Assembly: GCA_900551705.1 (NCBI GenBank)
Contig: URWY01000003.1
Span: 1,236 to 65,235, forward strand
Reading direction: 5' to 3'
DNA: 64,000 bases
Source of the DNA: an uncultured Bacillota bacterium
Lineage (GTDB): Bacteria > Bacillota > Clostridia > Christensenellales > UBA1242
Part shown: positions 51,693-60,262 of the stretch, one piece after another
Layout: each line of letters opens with the position of its first letter
Position numbering within the stretch: position 1 is the stretch's first letter
Made by a program: the position numbers and the translations under genes
Notes under the pieces: generated by a model
What the model was told of the DNA's origin: nothing
The model's database searches: none
The model's input: the letters and a program-made list of their open reading frames with translations, nothing else

Positions 51693-52286
51693 ATGACTAT
51701 ACCTAACAGAATTACATTAGCAAGAATAATTATGATACCATTGATGGCATTCTTTTACCTTGCAACATTCATTCCTTACGGAAAAATCGTAGCACTTGTC
51801 CTTTTCATCGTTGCTGCTTTAACAGACTTCGTTGATGGCCACATCGCTAGAAAATACAACATGGTTTCAGACCTTGGCAAATTCTTAGACCCAATCGCAG
51901 ACAAACTCTTAACTACAACCGCATTGATTTTGGTAATTTGTGATGGCACAGTTCCACAACCTTATGGAGCAATCGCAGCAATCATCATTTTGGCAAGAGA
52001 ATTTGCAATTTCAGCATTTAGACAAATCGCTGCAACAAAAAATTTTGTTATGGCAGCTGACTGGTGGGGCAAAATCAAAGCAAACCTTCAATTTTTCTCA
52101 TTTGGCGGTTTAATGCTTTTGTCTTTCTTGTATAAAGACACAACTTATTCTGGTGTTGGAATTCAAGTTTTTGAAATCGTAAACTGGGTTTTGCTTGGTC
52201 TTGCAGTTCTTTTGACAATTATTTCAGGAATAAATTATCTTGTTAAAAATAGAGCAGTTTTAAAGAGTAATAAAGATGAAAAATAG
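51693..52286 (+). CDS. pgsA: CDP-diacylglycerol--glycerol-3-phosphate 3-phosphatidyltransferase
   Basis: DFVDGHIARKYNMVSDLGKFLDPIADK. Confidence 0.9.
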   Translation: MTIPNRITLARIIMIPLMAFFYLATFIPYGKIVALVLFIVAALTDFVDGHIARKYNMVSDLGKFLDPIADKLLTTTALILVICDGTVPQPYGAIAAIIILAREFAISAFRQIAATKNFVMAADWWGKIKANLQFFSFGGLMLLSFLYKDTTYSGVGIQVFEIVNWVLLGLAVLLTIISGINYLVKNRAVLKSNKDEK

Positions 52287-52992
52287 CATTTTTAAATGTT
52301 TTGGAATCACAAAAGCAGATGTAACTTCAATACTTTCGGACATCTTCGCTAACAGCGAAGGTGTTTTAATTACTTTACAAGAAGAAGGCCCGATTGTTAG
52401 CATAAAAATTGATGCTGATGACTCGAATAACAGGGTTATGGACAAAACTGCGGAGATTTTTCAACGCTTAAATAATTACATCTATGCCGAAGAAGACATC
52501 TCAATTTACGAAGCGGTTTTCAGACTCATGAAACTCAATCATCTAACTCTTGCAACGGCGGAATCAATCACAGCAGGAAATGTGAGCGCGTGTTTTGTTA
52601 AATACAACGCAGGGGCAAGTCAAATTTTGCTAGAAGGAAATGTTGTATACACAAACAATGCTAAAATGCGTATGCTTGATGTTCCTGAAAAGGTTTTAAA
52701 TACGCACACAGCGGTAAGCGTTGAAACAACATACGACATGGCAAAAGGCTGCTTAAACAAAAGCGGAGCTGACATTGTTATTGCCACAACAGGCTATGCT
52801 GGTGGGGACAATAATCCTGATAATGGACTTGTTTATATCGCTATTGGCGACAAGAAAAAAATTGATGTTTATAAAAACATATTTGAAGGCAATCGCGAAG
52901 AGATTATAGAAATTACAACCATGGCAGCATTTTTCTATTTGATTAAAAAATTGCGTAAAAACGATTTCTTTTTAGAAAAAAATATTGTATAA
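52276..52992 (+). CDS. cinA: CinA-like protein lacking the N-terminal MoCF domain (KH-type linker plus PncC nicotinamide-nucleotide amidase domain)
   Basis: LATAESITAGNVSA..TGYAGG. Canonical pgsA-cinA-recA order. Confidence 0.75.
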   Translation: MKNSIFKCFGITKADVTSILSDIFANSEGVLITLQEEGPIVSIKIDADDSNNRVMDKTAEIFQRLNNYIYAEEDISIYEAVFRLMKLNHLTLATAESITAGNVSACFVKYNAGASQILLEGNVVYTNNAKMRMLDVPEKVLNTHTAVSVETTYDMAKGCLNKSGADIVIATTGYAGGDNNPDNGLVYIAIGDKKKIDVYKNIFEGNREEIIEITTMAAFFYLIKKLRKNDFFLEKNIV

Positions 52993-53031
52993 TAAAGATG
53001 TTAAGTAAAGATAAATTAAAAGGATAATACT

Positions 53032-54033
53032 ATGGCAGAAAAAGGTAAAATTCATTCATTAGATGACGCACTTGCGCAAATCGAAAAACAATTCGGTAAA
53101 GGTGCAATTATGAGATTGGGCGATGCTCCGATTCAAAAAATTGATGTTATTAGCACAGGTTGCTTGTCGTTAGATTTAGCACTTGGAATCGGCGGTGTCC
53201 CAAGAGGCAGAATTATTGAAATTTATGGGCCAGAGTCATCTGGTAAAACAACTGTTTCATTGCACATTTTGGCGGAAGCACAAAAAGCAGGTGGAACTGC
53301 TGCATTCATTGATGCTGAGCACGCATTAGACCCAATTTATGCTCAAAAACTTGGCGTTAACATTGATGAACTTTATGTTTCTCAACCAGATAACGGCGAA
53401 CAAGCACTCGATATTTGCGAAACACTTGTTAAATCAGGTGCTGTTGATATCGTTGTTATCGACTCAGTTGCTGCATTGACTCCAAAAGCGGAAATTGACG
53501 GCGAAATGGGCGATTCCCACATGGGACTTCAAGCAAGGCTTATGAGTCAAGCACTTAGAAAAATCACTGCTATCACAGCAAAAAGTAACACTTGCGTAAT
53601 TTTCATCAACCAATTAAGAGAAAAAATGAACACAATCGGCTTTGGCACACCAGAAACAACAACAGGTGGTAAAGCATTGAAATTCTATGCAAGTATCAGA
53701 CTTGATGTAAGAAAAATTGAGTCTATGAAAGATAGTTCAAACGAAGTCTACGCTTCAAAAACAAAAGTTAAAGTTGTTAAAAACAAACTTGCTCCACCTT
53801 TCAAAACAGCAGAATTTGAAATCGTATTCGGAAAGGGTATTTCAAAAGAAGGCAACATATTAGACCTTGCAGTTGATAACGGACTTGTTCAAAAAACAGG
53901 TTCTTGGTATTCATATCAAAGCAACAAAATTGCCCAAGGAAGGGAAGCAGCAAAGTCATTCTTGCTTGCAAATCCAGACATTTTAAGCACTTTGGAACAG
54001 CAACTCAAAGAAAAACTCATGAATAACAATTAA
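53032..54033 (+). CDS. recA: Recombinase RecA
   Basis: [30 protein letters not shown]. Confidence 0.97.
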   Translation: MAEKGKIHSLDDALAQIEKQFGKGAIMRLGDAPIQKIDVISTGCLSLDLALGIGGVPRGRIIEIYGPESSGKTTVSLHILAEAQKAGGTAAFIDAEHALDPIYAQKLGVNIDELYVSQPDNGEQALDICETLVKSGAVDIVVIDSVAALTPKAEIDGEMGDSHMGLQARLMSQALRKITAITAKSNTCVIFINQLREKMNTIGFGTPETTTGGKALKFYASIRLDVRKIESMKDSSNEVYASKTKVKVVKNKLAPPFKTAEFEIVFGKGISKEGNILDLAVDNGLVQKTGSWYSYQSNKIAQGREAAKSFLLANPDILSTLEQQLKEKLMNNN

Positions 54034-54058
54034 TGAGCAAATTTCATATAAATTCTTA

Positions 54059-54799
54059 ATGGAATTTATATATAAACAGACAAATATAAATTATTTTAAA
54101 CAAGGAAACGGCGATGAACTCGTCGTTTTTCTTCATGGTTGGGGTGCTGGAAGCGAACTTTTTGCGCCTTTTGCATCTTGTTTTGACATAAACAAATACA
54201 CTATGTTGTTTATCGATTTTCCACCGTTTGGAAAAAGTTCACAACCGAATGAAGTTTGGACAATGCAAGATTATTTTTCATCAACCCTGCAAATTATTCA
54301 AAATCAGCAAAAAGAAAAAACATACAACTCGCTAAATATCATCAGCCATTCATTTGGTGGGCGTGTTGCAATTTTGCTTGCAAGTAGCGGCGAAATAGAA
54401 ATTGACAAACTTGTTTTAATAGCTTCAGCAGGCATAAAACCGAAACGCAACCTAAACTATCATTATAAAGTGTTAAAATATAAAATTATCAAAAAGATTT
54501 CACCCGAACAAGCAGCAAAAATGGGCTCAAATGATTATAAACAGTTGTCAACGGTCATGAAATCAACCTTTTCAAACATCGTCAACACAGATTTAACGCC
54601 AAATTCTAAACTTATAACTTGCAAAACGCTTATAATTTATGGGAAAAATGACAAAGAAACGCCAATCTATATGGCTAAAAAACTACATAAAAACATTAAA
54701 AACTCGCAACTTATAATCATTAAAAATGCTGGGCATTTCGTATATTTAGAGCAATCTAACATCGTTCTAAAATATGTTAGTTTATTTTTAAATAGTTGA
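54059..54799 (+). CDS. Alpha/beta-fold hydrolase
   Basis: FLHGWGAG and nucleophile elbow SHSFGG. Confidence 0.75.
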   Translation: MEFIYKQTNINYFKQGNGDELVVFLHGWGAGSELFAPFASCFDINKYTMLFIDFPPFGKSSQPNEVWTMQDYFSSTLQIIQNQQKEKTYNSLNIISHSFGGRVAILLASSGEIEIDKLVLIASAGIKPKRNLNYHYKVLKYKIIKKISPEQAAKMGSNDYKQLSTVMKSTFSNIVNTDLTPNSKLITCKTLIIYGKNDKETPIYMAKKLHKNIKNSQLIIIKNAGHFVYLEQSNIVLKYVSLFLNS

Positions 54800-54880
54800 C
54801 AAAATCTATTTTCAAATTAAATAAAATATGATAAAATGGACTTAATTAAACAAAGTAGCATATTAATTTATGGAGCGACA

Positions 54881-56527
54881 ATGAACTTTTTTGATTTATC
54901 AAACCCAAATTTATACATCGGAATTGCACTTGCAGTTTTAAACGGCGTTTTGCTTTGCTTTGCAAGTTGTAAATTTCTTCAAATGATTCAACTTTCTGGT
55001 TATAAAGTCAACGGATATAGAGCCTGGCTCGCCGACACGCATGCAAACTATTTTTCAAGAATAGTCATGCTCAGTTTTTTGAGTTACGCATGTATGCTTG
55101 TTTCTGCGGCACTTTTCAACTCGTTTTTAGATAAGCAAAGTTATCTATCTTATTTTGGATTGATTTTTTATCTTTATTTTGCGCTGATTTTCATAATCAA
55201 TATGTATCATGAGCCTAAAAAGACGCCTCTTAAACAAACTTATAGAATGGATAGGCTTGTCGCTTGCTTGTATATTTTGTCAGCGGGGGTTACATTCATC
55301 GTATATTGGCTTTCAGTTGAGTATTTGCCAGATGTGATTCCAGACATTCCAACAATAGCGCTTACACCACTTTTAATTCCAATTTTAGTTCCACTTGCAC
55401 ACTTTATAACTTGGCCTTTTGAAACTTTGAATAACAGAAGATATATCGTAAGAGCAAAAAAGAAATTGGAGAAATTCCCAACACTTATTAAAATTGGTAT
55501 AACCGGCAGCGTTGGTAAAACAAGTAACAAATTTATTTTAAATTCGCTTTTGTCTGAAAAATACAGCGTTTGCATAACTCCACATAGTTTTAACACACCA
55601 ATGGGCTTAACAAGAGTTGTTTTGGACTATTTAAAGCCTAACCACGATGTTTTAATCACTGAAATGGGTGCTAAACAAGTGGGTGATATCAAATTCTTAT
55701 GCGATATGATTCAACCAACATACGGAATTTTAACATCAGTAGGTAGCCAACATCTGTCAACCTTTGGCAGCCTAGAAAATATCGCTAAAACGAAAAATGA
55801 ACTCATTAAAGCGCTACCAAAAGATAAGGGCATTGCAGTTTTCAATAGAGATAACGAGCCAAGTATGCCACTTTATGAAAAATGCGAATGCAAAAAAATC
55901 TTAACTTCAACACAAGATACAACTTGTTATGTCCACGCAGAGAATGTTAAAACCACAGATAAAGGAACAACTTTTAAACTTTGTATCGGAGAAGAAAACA
56001 TCAACTGTAAAACCAAATTATTAGGTCTGCACAACTTGCAAAATATTCTTATGTGCTGTGCTTTGGCTCATGAACTTGGATTGACTCTTGAACAATTAAA
56101 AATAGGAATTGCGAAAATTGAACCAATCAATCATAGAATGGAACTTAAAAAAGAAAATGGTTTAATAATTTTAGACGACTCGTTTAATTCTAGTGTCGAA
56201 GGTTCAAAGGCAGCACTTGAAGTGCTAAAATTATTTGAAAATGGTAATAAAATTGTCGTAACACCAGGGCTTGTAGAGCTCGGCAATTATGAACATGAAG
56301 CAAATTATAATTTTGGTAAACAACTCGCCGAAGTGTGCGACTATGTAATAATCGTAAATCAAGTGAATAAAGAAAAAATAGCCGAAGGGCTAAAAGATGC
56401 AGGTTTTGACGAAAGTAAAATTTTGTATGCAATTTCATTAATTGATGCAAAATTAAAAATTAAAGAACTCGCAAAAAAAGGTGATATAGTGTTATTTGAA
56501 AACGATTTGCCGGACAATTACACTTGA
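54881..56527 (+). CDS. MurF-like Mur ligase carrying an N-terminal polytopic membrane domain of about 190 aa
   Basis: ATG 54881 after GGAG. 4-5 hydrophobic helices, then IGITGSVGKTSNKF, EMGAKQVGDI, TSVGSQHL, GLHNLQN, DDSFNSS. Confidence 0.6.
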   Translation: MNFFDLSNPNLYIGIALAVLNGVLLCFASCKFLQMIQLSGYKVNGYRAWLADTHANYFSRIVMLSFLSYACMLVSAALFNSFLDKQSYLSYFGLIFYLYFALIFIINMYHEPKKTPLKQTYRMDRLVACLYILSAGVTFIVYWLSVEYLPDVIPDIPTIALTPLLIPILVPLAHFITWPFETLNNRRYIVRAKKKLEKFPTLIKIGITGSVGKTSNKFILNSLLSEKYSVCITPHSFNTPMGLTRVVLDYLKPNHDVLITEMGAKQVGDIKFLCDMIQPTYGILTSVGSQHLSTFGSLENIAKTKNELIKALPKDKGIAVFNRDNEPSMPLYEKCECKKILTSTQDTTCYVHAENVKTTDKGTTFKLCIGEENINCKTKLLGLHNLQNILMCCALAHELGLTLEQLKIGIAKIEPINHRMELKKENGLIILDDSFNSSVEGSKAALEVLKLFENGNKIVVTPGLVELGNYEHEANYNFGKQLAEVCDYVIIVNQVNKEKIAEGLKDAGFDESKILYAISLIDAKLKIKELAKKGDIVLFENDLPDNYT

Positions 56528-56547
56528 TTAGCGAAAATAAAATCAAT

Positions 56548-56578
56548 AAAAAAGCACTCATTTTTTGAGTGTTTTTTT
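56548..56578. terminator. Bidirectional intrinsic terminator between the MurF-like gene and the recombinase gene
   Basis: gcactca / tgagtgt stem flanked by an A-run and a T-run. Confidence 0.7.
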
Positions 56579-56579
56579 G

Positions 56580-57638
56580 TTATCTCAATTTGACTTTAGT
56601 TGACGCATTTCTACGAATGTCTTCTGATATTGCAGCATAGTGTTTTTTCGTAGTGTTAACATCTTTATGACCAAGAACATCGGCAACAATGTAAATATCT
56701 TGCGTTTCACGATATAAATTTGTGCCATAAGTGCTTCTAAGTTTGTGTGGTGAGATTTTTTTGAGGGGAGTTACTGCTTGTGAATACTTTTTGACCAAAT
56801 TTTCAACCGCGCGTGGCGTTATTCGCTTGCGTTGTAAACTTAAAAATAGTGCTTTTTCGTCATCGTCCAAAGTTTTGATTTCATCTCTAATTTTTAACCA
56901 TGAAATCATCGCATCTTTAACTTCGTCCGAAAAATATAAAACTACTTCATTTCCGCCTTTACGCGTAATTTTAAAACTGTTATTGTTAAAATCAATATCG
57001 TCAACATTTAGCCCTACAAGCTCACTTATTCTTATTCCTGTGCCTAAAAAAACTGACATAATCGCCAAATCTCGTTCTTTTGTTATTTTGTTATAACCTT
57101 GCTCACGCTTAGTTAAATTCGTTGGATTTTCCGCTTGATTTAACAATTTGACCACTTCATCAACTTCTAGTCTAATAATTTCTTTCTGATGTATTTTAGG
57201 AGTTGAAATTTTTGTGATAACATTTGATGAAATCAAATCAGAGTTAAATAAAAACTTAAAAAAACTCCTGAGAGCGGATAATTTTCTTGCTTTGCCACGC
57301 TCTTTGTTAACAAAAGTTTTGCCATCTTTTTCATAATATGATATGTAACTCAAAAACCTTTCAATATCTCTTGCTTTAATATTGTCCAAATCTTCAAGCG
57401 TTATATCGGTAATTTTTTTATTTAACTTTTCTGAAATATATTCAAAGAACAACCTTAAATCGTATCCATAATTTAATCGTGTCAATGTTGAAGAATTGTT
57501 TTCTATCGCAATAAAAAAGTCGGGGACATAGTCCGGGAGAGTAGCCAAAATTTCTGAAAGTTTTTCTTGATTAATTATATCTCTTTCTTTGTGATAAGAT
57601 ATTTTTGCCATACATTGATATAATAATATTTCGTACAA
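56580..57638 (-). CDS. Tyrosine recombinase, XerS-like (about 350 aa)
   Basis: KERDLAIMSVFLGTGIRISE, ITRKGGNE, SPHKLRSTYGTNLY, LGHKDVNTTKKHY. The N-terminus LPDYVPDFF..STLTRLNYGYDLRLFFEYI parallels streptococcal XerS as I recall it. The start may be ATG 57611. Confidence 0.7.
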   Translation of the reverse strand: MYEILLYQCMAKISYHKERDIINQEKLSEILATLPDYVPDFFIAIENNSSTLTRLNYGYDLRLFFEYISEKLNKKITDITLEDLDNIKARDIERFLSYISYYEKDGKTFVNKERGKARKLSALRSFFKFLFNSDLISSNVITKISTPKIHQKEIIRLEVDEVVKLLNQAENPTNLTKREQGYNKITKERDLAIMSVFLGTGIRISELVGLNVDDIDFNNNSFKITRKGGNEVVLYFSDEVKDAMISWLKIRDEIKTLDDDEKALFLSLQRKRITPRAVENLVKKYSQAVTPLKKISPHKLRSTYGTNLYRETQDIYIVADVLGHKDVNTTKKHYAAISEDIRRNASTKVKLR

Positions 57639-57727
57639 GTAATGTCAAATATTACAAATCAATTTTATAAAAATTTTTTAATTTTTAAAAATTATTTGCA
57701 TATTTCTACCATATAATGTATTTATGT

Positions 57728-57740
57728 TTGCATAGCACTA
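57728..57740 (+). repeat. TTGCATAGCACTA motif copy upstream of ORF 57827
   Basis: Identical 13-mer to the one at 58868-58880. The 18-nt stretch tatgtttgcatagcacta matches 31027-31044 at 17 of 18 positions. Confidence 0.85.
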
Positions 57741-57826
57741 CAAAATAAATAAAAATTATAGAAATCAATAAATTTGATTGTAATTTAATGTATTATAAGT
57801 TATAATAACAATGATAGAGGTTAAAA

Positions 57827-58867
57827 ATGGCTAAAAACAACTTAGCATTAATAGATAAAACAATGATAGAAAGTTTTGCAAGCGAAATAGACAGCACAAA
57901 TGCCTATGATTTAGTGTATAAATTTTCTGACCTTATAGATGATATTTCAATCGACTTGGCAGGGCATAACAAATTTATATCCATTAACAATGTTGATTCA
58001 AAATTGTTCGGAGATTTCGCAACAAAAACAAATTATCAAGAATCTGATTTAAATATGTATTTGCTCATAAAATCAGGGCAACTGGAACTCAATACGGTTT
58101 CAGAACTCCAAAATAAAAGGAAAATGCTTTGGCGTAAAATTAAACTAGCCTGGGCTAATAGAAGGGCAAGCAAGAAAAAAAGAAAGCTGTTTTCAAATAG
58201 AAAAAACCGCAAAGATTACGATTTAATCACAGAGCAACAACTTAAAGAAAAAAAAGAAAAACCATACACTATATTGAATTTGAAAGACGAATTCTTCGAA
58301 TATATTGTGAATTTTATGTCTCAAATGACCGTTGTTTATAACTATCCAGACAAAATTACAGTGCTTTCTAAGGAAGATTTAGGGTATAAGATTAATATTG
58401 TGCCAGCTTTTGTTCATGATGATGAAATAAGGGTTTGGAACGCTCGTAAAAACAAATTTAAAATTGTTTATTTAGATGACGCTTTGATAGCGTTAGATAG
58501 CAAAAATAAAGAAATAGACAGCCTTAACTATTCGCAAAATACCACAAGTAAAGTTTCAAGAATAGTAAGTAATGATAATTTGTTATTAAAAGTAATAAAG
58601 ATTTATAAAGCATTAACGCATAATATTTGGAATACAACAAGTTTAGATTTTATTGATAGTTTAATTTATAATTGTCCAAATGAAATTTTTGTAGGAAATG
58701 TTTATGATGTGTTCGTTAGGTCGATAAATTTCTTAAAAAACGCTGACATCTCAGATTTTAGATCAATTTATAATACAAACAAATCTTTATACGAAGATGA
58801 AGAATTATCGATTTATGAAATAAAAAGTTTAATTAAAGAAATTTCTAATTTGATTACTAATAATTAA
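57827..58867 (+). CDS. Nucleotidyltransferase-fold (SMODS/CD-NTase-like) protein with substituted catalytic carboxylates and an inserted poly-basic segment
   Basis: FGDFATKTNYQESDLNMYLLI sits in place of GS..GT...SD.D. INIVPAF sits in place of .D.VPa. The C-terminal DSLIYNCPNEIF resembles LE.L.YNVP..F. The assignment is from memory of family motifs. Confidence 0.35.
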   Translation: MAKNNLALIDKTMIESFASEIDSTNAYDLVYKFSDLIDDISIDLAGHNKFISINNVDSKLFGDFATKTNYQESDLNMYLLIKSGQLELNTVSELQNKRKMLWRKIKLAWANRRASKKKRKLFSNRKNRKDYDLITEQQLKEKKEKPYTILNLKDEFFEYIVNFMSQMTVVYNYPDKITVLSKEDLGYKINIVPAFVHDDEIRVWNARKNKFKIVYLDDALIALDSKNKEIDSLNYSQNTTSKVSRIVSNDNLLLKVIKIYKALTHNIWNTTSLDFIDSLIYNCPNEIFVGNVYDVFVRSINFLKNADISDFRSIYNTNKSLYEDEELSIYEIKSLIKEISNLITNN

Positions 58868-58880
58868 TTGCATAGCACTA
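58868..58880 (+). repeat. TTGCATAGCACTA motif copy immediately after the stop codon of ORF 57827..58867
   Basis: Read directly from the sequence. An inverted partial copy, ctatgcaa, lies at 58924-58931. Confidence 0.85.
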
Positions 58881-59041
58881 AATATTGTTTTATAAAAATG
58901 AATAATACAACATATTATATAAACTATGCAAAATTTAATTAAAATTTATAAAAATAAGGATTTTGATAATTTTTCAAAATCCTTTTAAAATATTGCCAAA
59001 CTATTCGCAAAATGTGTCTTTTGCGAATAGTTTAAATCTTT

Positions 59042-60244
59042 TTATTTTAACTTTTTTCTAAGTATATCTCCTGCTTTCAATGCTAAATTATCAGAATTTA
59101 TATATAGTTTTTGTTGAACTTTTCTAGCATCTTCTATATATTCGCCGTCTTCAGTTTCAATTTGTTTAATAATTAACTTTTTATTGAAAGTGTCATTTGG
59201 CGAAAGAACTTCCAATTCGTCCCCTAATTTGAACATATTTCGTTCTTCAACTAAGACTTTGCCCGAATTTTCGTCTTCCAATACAATAGCGACAAAATCG
59301 TGCGACTGAATTGGCATAGATTCTTTCAAATATTCTCTTTCTTCATTATTATCAAAATAAAAACCAGTTGTATATTGTCTATGGCTTGATTTTTCGGTTT
59401 CAAGATACATTTCTTTTAAAAATTTTGCATCATTTATATTGTCTAATGCCCTTCTATAAGCATTTACGACATTTGCTACATAATAAGAAGACTTCATTCT
59501 ACCTTCGATTTTTAGGCTTGCAATGCCCGCCTCTTCAAGTTCTTTTAAGTGTTCAATCAAGCATAAGTCTTTTGAATTTAAAATATATGTGCCGCGTTCG
59601 TCTTCTTCAATAGGAAATTCGTCATCAGATTTGATTTCTTTAATTTGATATGCCCACCTGCATGCTTGAACGCACGCACCTTTGTTGCTATCTCTGCCGC
59701 GAAGATAATTTGATAACAAACATCTTCCCGAATAACTGATGCACATTGCGCCATGAACGAATGTTTCGAGTTCAACTTCTTGTGGCAACGCTGCCCTAAT
59801 TTCTTTGATTTCACGAAGCGAAAGTTCGCGCGCAAGAACAATTCTTTTACAGCCTAACCCAGCAAAAAACAAAGCAGAATGCAAGTTTGTGACATTTGCT
59901 TGTGTGCTTACATGAACATCTAAATTTGGAACGACTTTTCGCGCCAAAGTGATAATTCCTATATCGCTAACGATAATCGCATCTGTGCCGATTTTATATA
60001 AAAATTTAAGATAATCTTCAAGGCCGTCAAAATCTTGGTTACGAGCGACAATATTAACTGTAACATACATTTTCTTGCCCTGCTCGTGAATAAGTTTTGA
60101 CGCGATTTTGAGTTCATCATAGTCAAAATTGCCGGCAAATGCCCTTAAACCGTGGCTTTTTCCAGCCAAATAAACAGCATCTGCACCAAAATACAATGCT
60201 GTTTTAAGTTTTTCCATATTGCCAACTGGGGCTAAAAGTTCCAT
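59042..60244 (-). CDS. U32-family peptidase-like protein
   Basis: MELLAPVGNMEKLKTALYFGADAVYL..; E..VHGAMC.SYSGRCLLS. Confidence 0.8.
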   Translation of the reverse strand: MELLAPVGNMEKLKTALYFGADAVYLAGKSHGLRAFAGNFDYDELKIASKLIHEQGKKMYVTVNIVARNQDFDGLEDYLKFLYKIGTDAIIVSDIGIITLARKVVPNLDVHVSTQANVTNLHSALFFAGLGCKRIVLARELSLREIKEIRAALPQEVELETFVHGAMCISYSGRCLLSNYLRGRDSNKGACVQACRWAYQIKEIKSDDEFPIEEDERGTYILNSKDLCLIEHLKELEEAGIASLKIEGRMKSSYYVANVVNAYRRALDNINDAKFLKEMYLETEKSSHRQYTTGFYFDNNEEREYLKESMPIQSHDFVAIVLEDENSGKVLVEERNMFKLGDELEVLSPNDTFNKKLIIKQIETEDGEYIEDARKVQQKLYINSDNLALKAGDILRKKLK

Positions 60245-60262
60245 AAATTTTCTCCTAAGTAA

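Noticed and set aside
57639-57727. Search for a difSL-like site directly upstream of the XerS-like gene.
   Set aside because: The region is almost pure A/T with several short palindromes (for example gtaat..attac at 57640-57656). I could not align any of them convincingly to the dif consensus I recall. This is left unresolved rather than called.
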